Below, piece after piece: positions 1-8,770 of a DNA stretch of 64,000 bases. Source of the DNA: an uncultured archaeon (GTDB taxonomy: Archaea > Thermoproteota > Nitrososphaeria > Nitrososphaerales > Gagatemarchaeaceae); assembly GCA_963799775.1 (NCBI GenBank), contig CAWCYD010000003.1, positions 1,760,001 through 1,824,000 of the forward strand, read 5' to 3'. Each line of letters opens with the position of its first letter. Positions within the stretch are counted from its first letter, which is position 1. Below the pieces are notes generated by a model, which was not told the origin of the DNA, ran no database searches, and worked only from the letters and a program-made list of their open reading frames with translations. The position numbers were made by a program, and so were the translations under genes.

Positions 1-415
1 TGAAGTTCGTCGCGTAGTATTGGCTACTCTCGTAACTTATGAGATCGACGTTTCCTAGCTTTGGAGATCCAGTCGGACAGCCGAGACCTTCCAGCTCCTC
101 GGGGACGCAGGCCGCAGCCCCGGATACTGTGATGTTCTCGCGCTCCACTTTGTAGTGGCTGATGCTTGGAGAGTTCTGAACGCTTGTAGAGGTACTTGGA
201 GAAGAGGTTGAGGAAGAACTCGTCGAGGAGTTTGCCAGTGTCATCGTTGATATCGATTCGCTGGAGCTTTGGCTTGAGGATGATGAAGCTCCGCCTGAGT
301 TCGACTGGCTGTTACCTATCTGGATTGGAGAAACCAGTGGGAAGGAGACTAAGATCAGCACGGCAGCAATTACCAAAGCCTGCGCCCCAAGGAAGGCCGC
401 TTCTTTCCTCTTCAT
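1..415 (-). CDS. Membrane-anchored Ser/Thr-rich secreted protein (runs off window start)
   Basis: Hand translation from ATG 415: MKRKEAAFLGAQALVIAAVLILVSFPLV, Ser-rich linker, Cys pair; open to position 1; abuts the stop of the upstream gene. Confidence 0.75.
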   Translation of the reverse strand, partial: MKRKEAAFLGAQALVIAAVLILVSFPLVSPIQIGNSQSNSGGASSSSSQSSSESISTMTLANSSTSSSSTSSPSTSTSVQNSPSISHYKVERENITVSGAAACVPEELEGLGCPTGSPKLGNVDLISYESSQYYATNF

Positions 416-416
416 C

Positions 417-1868
417 CTATGTCACCGTGAAATACAGGAATGCGATGGCTCCCCATTCGTCTCCTGCAACGACAGTGTAGACTCCAGGGCTGAAATTCAC
501 GTAGATACCTTCGCCCATCCAATAGCCACTGAAGCTACCAAAGGCGAACATTCCTGTTGCTTGCGGGCTGACCTGCCCGATCTGGGCTAAGTCACTTGAT
601 GACTGGAAGACATAGGGTACTCCCCCTCCCACGCCTATGCCGCAGTGATAGGCGTCTGAATCATAGAGCCCGAGCCATTCGGCCATTGTCATGTTGCTGA
701 CAGTGTAGTAACCTTTGGTGATGGCCCAACCCATCGGATACTCACCCCTACATGGTCCTGTGGTGAAGATGGAACTGCCTCCGAGTCTTGCGTTCACCGC
801 TGGATTGACTATGGGCCAGTTATACGCACCCGAAACATTGTTCGTCTGCTGTAGAGTGTTCCGCTCATCCACGCTGATTGTTAGTCCATGACCAACCTGA
901 GTCGACGTCTGATTGATCGACATGGTGAGCGTGAGGTTGTTTGCCGATTGGACCGTAACGGAATTGGAAGTCTGCGCGATGATCTTGGAGTAGTCTACCT
1001 CGAAATGCAGTAATACGGCTTGACCCCACTCATCCGTGACCGCGACCGTGTAAGAACCAGGGATGAAGGGGTTGGTCCTTGGCAATGGCGCGGCGTTGCC
1101 GTAATATGAGATAATCGCTGGATATTGTGGAACTGATGAGTTTGTACCACCGTTTGAGGTGAAGTTCCAGTAGCCGTTCGTAACGAAATTGTTCACTAGA
1201 TAATCTGTCGCGAAACTCTCGTTCGTCCCTGTGATGCCGTTGAATTGGTTGAGGTCAGCTTTGGTGCTGTTCGGCCGAAGCATTACGCTACCGACAGTCC
1301 TGAACTCATGGCAAAGATCAATCAACGAACTGTTCGTCGCCAATTTCGGGGCTGCCATCGTAATGTTGCCAAGGGAGTAATGACCCTTGAGCACAACGAT
1401 TTCGGCATCCGGGGTGAAGAGTTGGGTCCCTATTGGGTTGCTGTAGAAGCAATCTGGCCACATTGAGATTGGAACGCCCGCGAAAAGCCAGTTGTTGATT
1501 GTCGGGATGTTAATCTCATTGAGAAGGCTGTTTGAGAGTGATACATTCACCTGCAGGCTTTGACCTACACCCAATTGGGTTGAATTCACCGAGAGGGAGA
1601 GCCGTAGTCCATTCGATCCGACGGTGTAGTTGGTCAATGGAAGGCCCACACTCTGCGTGGTCGAAGATGTTCTGCTCGTTGTCGAGGTGGAGATGGCAGT
1701 CGTCGAGACCTGACCTATTGATGTGATGGAAGGGGTCGTCGACACCGTACTTGAGCTCGAGGTGCTACTGGATTGAGAGCTAGGAGCAGGATGGATCTCT
1801 AGAGCAACTCCTAGGATTAGCGCAGCAATCAGGACAGTGCCGAGCGCGAGCCAGCGTTGCCTTCTCAA
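417..1868 (-). CDS. Membrane-anchored secreted protein with two internally repeated beta-rich domains
   Basis: N-terminal TM, S/T linker, two repeats ending PGxYTVxxxDEWGxxxxLxFxV; many NxS/T sequons. Confidence 0.85.
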   Translation of the reverse strand: MRRQRWLALGTVLIAALILGVALEIHPAPSSQSSSTSSSSTVSTTPSITSIGQVSTTAISTSTTSRTSSTTQSVGLPLTNYTVGSNGLRLSLSVNSTQLGVGQSLQVNVSLSNSLLNEINIPTINNWLFAGVPISMWPDCFYSNPIGTQLFTPDAEIVVLKGHYSLGNITMAAPKLATNSSLIDLCHEFRTVGSVMLRPNSTKADLNQFNGITGTNESFATDYLVNNFVTNGYWNFTSNGGTNSSVPQYPAIISYYGNAAPLPRTNPFIPGSYTVAVTDEWGQAVLLHFEVDYSKIIAQTSNSVTVQSANNLTLTMSINQTSTQVGHGLTISVDERNTLQQTNNVSGAYNWPIVNPAVNARLGGSSIFTTGPCRGEYPMGWAITKGYYTVSNMTMAEWLGLYDSDAYHCGIGVGGGVPYVFQSSSDLAQIGQVSPQATGMFAFGSFSGYWMGEGIYVNFSPGVYTVVAGDEWGAIAFLYFTVT

Positions 1869-1962
1869 GGCATGGTCTAATTGCTGCTTGGAGGTATTTC
1901 TGAGTAGCGAAGGGACCTTTCAGAAGGCATCTTTGACCACTATTCTCTCTAACGGAGTTTTT

Positions 1963-4713
1963 TCAATGAAGAGCGACTGCGTATTCAAATGGTTTGAATG
2001 AATGGGACGTTCTGGCCTTCAGATTCTTAACCAGTGTTTGGACGGTGTCTTTGTAGGCTTCCATAAGCGTGATCTCTCGTTCTCCGCGGGACACAACAAC
2101 TCCGTCAGCTGCTTCGCCCACCGTTTCCAGCACTCCAACAACCTCCGGTCTCGGATAATAGAAGCGTGCCCCATGCCTGTCGGTGGAGCTGTAAAAGTCC
2201 CTCCAGTTCACGCTGAAATCCAGAACGGCCTCGAGCAGCTTCTCCCTGTCCGCGAACTTGAAGGGGTCGATCAAATCCAGATTCAACCCGAGGCCCTCAG
2301 GATTCCACCTCTTCCTGTGGAGGAACCCCTCCCCCGGGTCTGGGTCAAGGCCCAACTGCACGTTGACTGACCTAGCCTTGAAGAGCCTCCGTTGGTGCAG
2401 GTAGTTTATCGCCGCGTCCATCGCCGTGTACCCCCGCGCCCTTCCCGTGGGGGTCGTGACGTACTCCCTCACGAAGCGCGCTTTCTTGCGCGGCCCTGAC
2501 CTTTGCAGCACCGAATTGAGCGCGAGATGATAGGTGCCCCAGTACTCCTTCATCACCAATGCCTCATGGGCCAAGAACCTGCTCGGCGGCACCCGTTCGA
2601 GGCGTCGCATCACTGCCTTTTGCCTTGCGATAGACGCTTGGACGTGGCTCCCCTCAAGGCGAGCTAGAGACGCGACGCGCCCGGTGGCGTTTATCGCGCT
2701 CTGGGCCATCGCCAAGGCCATCCCGCGAATGAACTCGGGTTGAGAGCGAACGATATCCTCCACGAACGGGGCGATGTCGAACCTATCGACCGGTTTGGCT
2801 TCGATCATGGGACCGGCCGGCTTGGGAAGCGCTCTTACTGTCATGCCGGCGCTTGCAAGGATGTCAGTCTGCTCCTCGCCCACGATGCCGCCCAGGTCGA
2901 TCAGTGTGCTGCCCGCGAGCGGGATGGACTCGACCTTCCGCTTCTTGAAGATGTAGAGCTTCCCGTCCCTCGACAGCATCCTGTCGCCCGGGAATATCAT
3001 GACCGTCTTGGGCGCCTCTGCGGGATTCTCGTCCGTCTCTGGGGTGCGATGCTCGTCGTAGATGGCCCGCTCCACTATGCTAGGCGCAGAGCCCTGCCTC
3101 TCCTCGATGAGGCGCTTGAGGTCCGAGGAGGGATCGACGCCGGCGAGCGCCTCGTATCTCCTCTTGAACTCGTGCTCGTAGCTGGTAAGCACCTTCACCT
3201 TCTTCTGTCTGAGCGTGAAGTAGCGCGTCCTGCAGTTGCCGCACACCACCATCCCTCCCTTGGGCGGCGTCTCCGGCATCTCCTCGTAGCAGATGTCGCA
3301 TGACTCGGGAAGGGTCTTTCGGGTGTAGTCCCTTTTCTTGTCGACAAATTCGAGGCAGGCCGTCGAGTGCGGGCCTATCCGCCACGAGTTCCTCATCTTG
3401 TGGAGGTCGAAAGAGGAGAGTGGATGCGGTCCGTCCCTGGTCCATCTGTCGTGCCTGTGGCTGTAAGACTTGTTGAGGAGCCACCAGATCCTGCACTGGC
3501 GCCTAGCAGAGACGTAAAAGGCGCACTGCCCGCACTTGCTGGCCTGGTCGAACGGGAGCTTGCCGGGCATGTGGTAGACCGTTGCGGGGCGGCCTATCTC
3601 CTTGACCCAGGTCGTCTTTTGCAGCTTTCCATCGCGTGCTAGCCCCTCCGCTATTCCGCGCAGGGCGGGTCGGCTCGGGAGGAAGACGTGTAGCTCGGCT
3701 GGCTTCTCATAGTCAAAGTGGTCGTTGAAGATTTTTGGGACCGAGTCGCTCGTCTGGAGTACCTTCTGAGTCTCGGCGTTGACATAATCGAAGAGATTTT
3801 GGATGGTAAACCAGCCCTGCAGGTCGAGAAGGTTCTGGACGAGCACTTCGAGGTAGTCTTGGCCCAACTCGGAGGGGCCTTTTTCCTTCGACTGCCTGAA
3901 CACAGGCTTGGGAGGTTCCTCGGGATTCTCACGTGATTGCGCCACCTCCTCCGTCTCAAGAGCCTCGACCATCTCCCTGCCGTAGTATCCCGCGGTGTAG
4001 AGCCAGCGGGACATCGTGTCCACGAGAGCAGGCCTGCGAATGTTGTCTTCGAGCTCGTGCTCCCAGTTCTCGTTCAGTTTGGAGAAGAGAGTGCTCGCGG
4101 CGGCGAGATGCAGTCCCTGCTTGGAGAGGTGTGTGCCGAAGAGGAGCGAGACGATCGCTTCGCTTGCCTGCCTGGGTCCAAACTTCGCTTTCAGGTCGAT
4201 GACCTCCCCAGGTTGCCCCTCGGCAGCTAACCATTTCCTCGCAAGAGGCTGGAAGGATTCCTCTTCGACGACGATTGTCTTGTGGATGCTAGGCTTGGCG
4301 AGCAGTCGCGTGAGGAGCCCATCGATGTAACCCCTTCTTTCAGAGTCAATCATCCGGCCGAAAGGCGCAATCAGGACGACGATCTGAAAGGCATTGAACC
4401 TCTGCCACTTCATGAACCACCGGAACCACTCCCCGTAGTCAGCCACCAGGACACTCTTCAGCTTCTTGTGGCGCTGAACTCCTGTCCAGTGCCAGTTTTC
4501 ATCCGGGCTCAGGATGTCAACTTGTAGTTCGGAGGCATTGAGGAAGTCGTAGGTCGAATCCTCGTCGATGAAGATGGCGCAGTGGTCGTTCCTGTAGCTT
4601 CGTCTGCTGTCATAGATTCTGTTAGCCACATCTGAGGCCCAGGAAGCCTGTTGGTCGGGAAAGACGAATTCGATTCTTGAGAGAGTGCCGGGCGCGGCGA
4701 GTTGCCGACTCAA
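1963..4713 (-). CDS. Large multidomain solo Cas1/casposase-like fusion protein (916 aa)
   Basis: C-terminal ~345 aa follow Cas1 motifs: HEALVMKEYW, DAAINYL, GLDPDPGEGFLH, LDLIDPFK; upstream CxxC clusters and wHTH-like segment. Confidence 0.85.
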   Translation of the reverse strand: MSRQLAAPGTLSRIEFVFPDQQASWASDVANRIYDSRRSYRNDHCAIFIDEDSTYDFLNASELQVDILSPDENWHWTGVQRHKKLKSVLVADYGEWFRWFMKWQRFNAFQIVVLIAPFGRMIDSERRGYIDGLLTRLLAKPSIHKTIVVEEESFQPLARKWLAAEGQPGEVIDLKAKFGPRQASEAIVSLLFGTHLSKQGLHLAAASTLFSKLNENWEHELEDNIRRPALVDTMSRWLYTAGYYGREMVEALETEEVAQSRENPEEPPKPVFRQSKEKGPSELGQDYLEVLVQNLLDLQGWFTIQNLFDYVNAETQKVLQTSDSVPKIFNDHFDYEKPAELHVFLPSRPALRGIAEGLARDGKLQKTTWVKEIGRPATVYHMPGKLPFDQASKCGQCAFYVSARRQCRIWWLLNKSYSHRHDRWTRDGPHPLSSFDLHKMRNSWRIGPHSTACLEFVDKKRDYTRKTLPESCDICYEEMPETPPKGGMVVCGNCRTRYFTLRQKKVKVLTSYEHEFKRRYEALAGVDPSSDLKRLIEERQGSAPSIVERAIYDEHRTPETDENPAEAPKTVMIFPGDRMLSRDGKLYIFKKRKVESIPLAGSTLIDLGGIVGEEQTDILASAGMTVRALPKPAGPMIEAKPVDRFDIAPFVEDIVRSQPEFIRGMALAMAQSAINATGRVASLARLEGSHVQASIARQKAVMRRLERVPPSRFLAHEALVMKEYWGTYHLALNSVLQRSGPRKKARFVREYVTTPTGRARGYTAMDAAINYLHQRRLFKARSVNVQLGLDPDPGEGFLHRKRWNPEGLGLNLDLIDPFKFADREKLLEAVLDFSVNWRDFYSSTDRHGARFYYPRPEVVGVLETVGEAADGVVVSRGEREITLMEAYKDTVQTLVKNLKARTSHSFKPFEYAVALH

Positions 4714-4721
4714 GCCGCGTG

Positions 4722-5213
4722 TTATCTAGGCCTCTTAGGAAAATAAGCGTTCGCCTGCGCCGCCGTCTTCTGGTCATGACCTTCAAGATTCAACAGGACC
4801 ACGCCGAACACCACTGCCATGACGCTGAGGATCACCAGCAAATCGAGGGCGCTGCCGCCGATGACCCCTTGGTCGCACCCTCCTGTGAGAGGCCCCACAG
4901 AGAGCGTCGTCGTCCCTTGCGACACCTCTGTCGTGGTCGTGTAAGATGTTGGATGGCAACCCCAAGGACGATAGAAAAATTGATACTGGCCATCAATTGT
5001 TATCCCTCCAATCCCAACGCGAGAGTATGTCAATGAAACCATTGGCGGATGACCGGAGATGAATGGGCAGCCACTCGAAGGGGGACAAACCACCGCCCAA
5101 TCTGGGGAAACAGGGACAAAGACCACGTAGAATATGATGGCCGCAATGGGAAGAATAACCGCGATCGCAACAACCGCTCTCCTCCTCGAGAGTGTGGTTC
5201 TCGAGTTGCTCAT
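4722..5213 (-). CDS. Small two-TM membrane protein with Cys/Thr-rich external loop
   Basis: Two hydrophobic stretches; ends 8 bp before the Cas1-fusion start, same strand. Confidence 0.7.
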   Translation of the reverse strand: MSNSRTTLSRRRAVVAIAVILPIAAIIFYVVFVPVSPDWAVVCPPSSGCPFISGHPPMVSLTYSRVGIGGITIDGQYQFFYRPWGCHPTSYTTTTEVSQGTTTLSVGPLTGGCDQGVIGGSALDLLVILSVMAVVFGVVLLNLEGHDQKTAAQANAYFPKRPR

Positions 5214-5403
5214 GTCGCGTTCTCTTGCAGTCTGTGCGCATTAGTCTTTGTGATGTTGGACGGTCACAGAGGGTGGTGCAACAATCGTAGAACCGTCCAG
5301 CTCGCTCAGTCGCGTCGTATTAGCTCAAATCTAGCTCCTTTTAGGAGACTAACGGAGATAAAACCCTTGTGGTGGTTAAATAGCTCATTATCCTACTATC
5401 CCA

Positions 5404-5844
5404 ATGAACACCTCTTCTAGATGGATGACCCGAGCGCACGCCCTCATCCCCCTGACGGAGCAGGAGAGACAGGTCCGCGACCTCCTCCTCGAGCAGAGAC
5501 TGACGCACCTCACCCACGCGGTCTTCCCGAACGGGGGCAGGCTGATAGTGGTGGACTTCTTCCTCAGCGATCTCCGGACGGTGCTCGAGTGCTGGAAGAC
5601 CACGGCCAGGAGCGGGGTCGCATTGGGCTGGATGGAGAGGAACGCCGCGTTCATCGACGTGAAGTTCAGGCGCCTGAAGGGTATGCATCCGGGAATCCGC
5701 TGTGTCGCCCTCGCAGAGGCTCCACACGTAGAGCTAGCGACCCTGTCCAAGGTGATCGGGGAGATCCTGGTCCACGCCGACCATGTGGCGTACTCGATGG
5801 ATGGGTTCGGATATGCTCTTTCGCAGTTGGGAGGCGGAAAGTGA
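5404..5844 (+). CDS. PD-(D/E)XK-like restriction-fold protein
   Basis: VVDFFL...VLECWKT motif; stop overlaps next ATG (TGATG). Confidence 0.55.
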   Translation: MNTSSRWMTRAHALIPLTEQERQVRDLLLEQRLTHLTHAVFPNGGRLIVVDFFLSDLRTVLECWKTTARSGVALGWMERNAAFIDVKFRRLKGMHPGIRCVALAEAPHVELATLSKVIGEILVHADHVAYSMDGFGYALSQLGGGK

Positions 5845-7034
5845 TGCCGCGCCCGCCTTTCGGGAGCCCGGAATGGTTGCCCTACTTCGAGGAGATCGTG
5901 AGGACGAGCAAGACGACGAAGGAGGCGGTCAACAGGTTGGGCTACGCCACCCCTACAGTGGTCTACTATCACCTGAAGAAGTTCGGCATAGAGCGGCCGC
6001 CCGTTTGGTCCAAGCGTCCGTGGCTTCGGGAATTCATGCAGCGGAACATACCACAGGTGATCATCCCCACGACCACAGGTAGGCGTTGGGTCGCTGGATT
6101 GACCCAGGGGGAAGGATGCATTCAAGCTAGGTTCTTCACGCAATACGATGTGACGTATCTCAACCTCGACGTGTCGATGACAGACCCTGAACCTGTCTTC
6201 AGATTCTCTGATTATGTTGGGTTGTCGCACCCGTCAAAACCGGTCAAGAATCACGATTGGAAGCCCAATTGGCACAAGAATGTCTCGGGCCTACGGGCCT
6301 TCAGAGTTCTGCAAGAGATTCGACCCTTCTTACTGGGGGAGAAGTTGAAGGAGGCCGAGAAGGCGCTGTCCTTCTTCGCACCCCGTGGAATCCATTCGGG
6401 CTGCTTTGGGAATCTCGACGTCTGGCCGACGAAAGAATTTCCCTGGAGGACCAAGAGACGTGGTTCCGCTGCATCGACCTTGACAGGCACGCGGATAGAA
6501 TATCCTACGACGGGGCCTGATTCGTTCACCTTGAAATCACGACTCGAATCTGTAAACCCAACCACGGTCATTCATCCTTGGAATGTTGGGCTCGTGAATC
6601 GAGGCAAAGTTCCCGAGGTCATCATCACATCGACGGATGATAGGGCATGGGTTGGCGGCCTGGTCCAAGGCGAAGTGACCTTGGAATCTCATTACGTCAA
6701 GATGTCTGACTCGACGACGCTGATTCTTGGCCTGAGGATGACTGATCCGCATCCTGTCTTTAGGTTCGCCGACTTGTGCGGACTTCCAAGACCGAACCGA
6801 CCAACGGAAAGGCCCAATCGATGGCAGCCGATATGGAGGAAGGATGTCTCCGGGATAAGAGCGCTACGAGTTCTGAAGGAAATCCAGCCTTTCTTGGTTG
6901 GGCAGAAACTTCGCGAAGCCCAGAAGGCGTTCGATTTCTTCGACCTCAACGGCTACCGCCGAGGATGCTTTTACTCATCGGCAATTTGGCCCCCCGACGA
7001 ATTTCCCTTTAGGAGACATCCAGTGGAACACTGA
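5844..7034 (+). CDS. HTH plus tandem LAGLIDADG-like domain protein
   Basis: Start reassigned to ATG 5844; LGYATPTVVYYHLKKFGI HTH; duplicated WVAGLTQGEG / WVGGLVQGEV domains. Confidence 0.75.
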   Translation: MPRPPFGSPEWLPYFEEIVRTSKTTKEAVNRLGYATPTVVYYHLKKFGIERPPVWSKRPWLREFMQRNIPQVIIPTTTGRRWVAGLTQGEGCIQARFFTQYDVTYLNLDVSMTDPEPVFRFSDYVGLSHPSKPVKNHDWKPNWHKNVSGLRAFRVLQEIRPFLLGEKLKEAEKALSFFAPRGIHSGCFGNLDVWPTKEFPWRTKRRGSAASTLTGTRIEYPTTGPDSFTLKSRLESVNPTTVIHPWNVGLVNRGKVPEVIITSTDDRAWVGGLVQGEVTLESHYVKMSDSTTLILGLRMTDPHPVFRFADLCGLPRPNRPTERPNRWQPIWRKDVSGIRALRVLKEIQPFLVGQKLREAQKAFDFFDLNGYRRGCFYSSAIWPPDEFPFRRHPVEH

Positions 7035-7042
7035 ATCTCAGG

Positions 7043-7063
7043 GGGTTCATTGCGCCTCCGCCG
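7043..7063. repeat. Direct repeat copy 1 (GGGTTnnnTGCGCCTCCGCCG)
   Basis: GGGTTCATTGCGCCTCCGCCG; 13-bp core identical in three intergenic copies. Confidence 0.85.
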
Positions 7064-7078
7064 AGATGTATTATCTAT

Positions 7079-7687
7079 TCACGGTGGAAAAGACCCCGAG
7101 TATCCTCCTTCGGCGGAGATGAGCGCTGCCCTCACTTCCTGCGCTGGACAACTTCGCGGTCCATTGGCCCCCGGGAAGTCGGCGTAGCTTACCAGGGGCG
7201 CCGGATATCCGACCGCCAGTTCCAGCGGCTGGCAGATCTGAAGCAGGGTGATGGCGTAGAAGCCTTTGGACTGGAGGCTGGCCGTGATTGTGTAAGCCAC
7301 GATGACGCTCTGACCTTGAGTGAGGTTGATGTAGGCCGGCGACGAGGAGATGCTGACGTCCGGCGCCGGAGCAAATTGTCCGGATGAGGTCCAGAGGTAG
7401 GCCGAGCCATAGGTAGGTTCCGAAAAGGTCTGGTTGAAGAAATCGGTGTAGGCAACGCAGACGACCATCGAGGAACCCGCGTCGATCACGAACGGAGGTA
7501 GCGCGTTTGGCGGTGACGGGCTGGATTGGTTGGATAAGATCGAAAAAGGATAGGACGCTGGGCATATCGAGGTCGATTGTGTGGCCGCCGTGGTTGGAGA
7601 CTGCAGCTGGTCTGCCAGACCCAGGGCCGCCACTCCAATGACTATCACAGCGATGAAGACGTAGGACGCCACCCGACTAGAATCCAT
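7079..7687 (-). CDS. Membrane-anchored secreted protein
   Basis: N-terminal TM, S/T linker, beta-rich Cys-containing domain; sits between repeats 1 and 2. Confidence 0.8.
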   Translation of the reverse strand: MDSSRVASYVFIAVIVIGVAALGLADQLQSPTTAATQSTSICPASYPFSILSNQSSPSPPNALPPFVIDAGSSMVVCVAYTDFFNQTFSEPTYGSAYLWTSSGQFAPAPDVSISSSPAYINLTQGQSVIVAYTITASLQSKGFYAITLLQICQPLELAVGYPAPLVSYADFPGANGPRSCPAQEVRAALISAEGGYSGSFPP

Positions 7688-7767
7688 GCCCAGCCCCCGA
7701 CAGTGAAGAATCAGTAGACGCCGTCGTTATTCAACATTGAGAAGAGCGTGATTCGCCCATGCGTAAA

Positions 7768-7792
7768 GGGTTCGCTGCGCCTCCGCCGGGGC
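7768..7792. repeat. Direct repeat copy 2
   Basis: GGGTTCGCTGCGCCTCCGCCGGGGC. Confidence 0.85.
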
Positions 7793-7847
7793 ATCGTCCT
7801 TGACAGAGTTTATGGGGAGGCGACCAGGAGATTCCACGAAGGGCTCG

Positions 7848-8561
7848 ATGAACGAGAAGGCAATCTTCGCATTCATTATCGTGGCGGGCGTCGTGGCCGT
7901 CGGGTTTGTTGGAATGACCCCGACCAGCACGATAACCCAGACCAGCGCGCTGATCCGGTCAAGCACGGTAGCGGTTCCCTCGAACGTCTCGGCTAGTAAC
8001 TCAACCATCCAATCGACGAATCAGTCAACCAATCAGTCGTCATCAACCTCCATACAATACCCGTTGGTGTGGCAGTCGACTTCCCCAACGGTATGTGACA
8101 TGAATTCATTCTGCGTCGTTGCAACGCTCGGGTTCTCCGGTCAGACGGCGACTGCGAGCGAATCGGCAACCGCGATCACGGGAAGCAATGGAACGACCAT
8201 AGTCGTCTCATCGACCACGACTATCATCAGGACATCACCGTATCCTCAAACAACCGTGATCGAGCCTCCTCAGAACACATCTTACGTAGTCGTGGTGACC
8301 GCATTCGTTCAAGACGCAGTGACTGGCCAGAACGTCACCACGAGCAGCGGGCAATCTTCGCTTGGGGCGGGCTGTGACATACAGCCATCAGGATTTACCC
8401 ACTGCATCATCAGCGCCCCTTCAGGATTGCCTTCCGGAACGTACAAAGTCACTGTATTCGTAACGAAGGAATACAATCCTTGTTCAATACGCGTGGCCGG
8501 CTATCCCTGCACATCACAATTGCTCGCACCACCGAGCCAAACGATCACTATAACGGAGTGA
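7848..8561 (+). CDS. Membrane-anchored Ser/Thr-rich secreted protein
   Basis: MNEKAIFAFIIVAGVVAVGFVG TM, S/T linker, Cys pairs; sits between repeats 2 and 3. Confidence 0.8.
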   Translation: MNEKAIFAFIIVAGVVAVGFVGMTPTSTITQTSALIRSSTVAVPSNVSASNSTIQSTNQSTNQSSSTSIQYPLVWQSTSPTVCDMNSFCVVATLGFSGQTATASESATAITGSNGTTIVVSSTTTIIRTSPYPQTTVIEPPQNTSYVVVVTAFVQDAVTGQNVTTSSGQSSLGAGCDIQPSGFTHCIISAPSGLPSGTYKVTVFVTKEYNPCSIRVAGYPCTSQLLAPPSQTITITE

Positions 8562-8637
8562 CCGAGAGTTGCGGGTTGCTCTAGCTCCCGCTAGTGTTGT
8601 CAAAATGAAAGTAGGCAGGGCATAGTTGCCATACACA

Positions 8638-8662
8638 GGGTTAATTGCGCCTCCGCCGGGGC
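8638..8662. repeat. Direct repeat copy 3
   Basis: GGGTTAATTGCGCCTCCGCCGGGGC, next to a TGCAATG/CATTGCA hairpin. Confidence 0.85.
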
Positions 8663-8770
8663 GTTTTGCTGATGCAATGAGTGTCATCACCGAGCGTTAC
8701 CATTGCAGTGGAATTTGTTTGAACGAAGCTTAATTAGGGGTGAATCAGCCGGCGCCCCATTAAAGAGGTG

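Noticed and set aside
1949-5357. CTAACGGAG direct repeat flanking the Cas1 fusion and its upstream gene (1949, 5349)
   Set aside because: Only 9 bp with no extension; may be chance
5214-5403. tRNA fragment or fourth repeat copy in this intergenic region
   Set aside because: No cloverleaf and no TGCGCCTCCGCCG core; only a short CTCCT/AGGAG hairpin
5421-5843. N-terminal 141 aa of the 537-aa ORF
   Set aside because: Low-complexity shadow of 5404-5844; real start is likely ATG 5844
1869-8770. Canonical CRISPR array or cas operon near the Cas1 gene
   Set aside because: No 25-45 bp repeats at 60-80 bp period and no cas2, cas4 or effector ORFs recognised
1-8770. Complete casposon
   Set aside because: No family B polymerase or terminal inverted repeats seen; sequence left of the window is unknown
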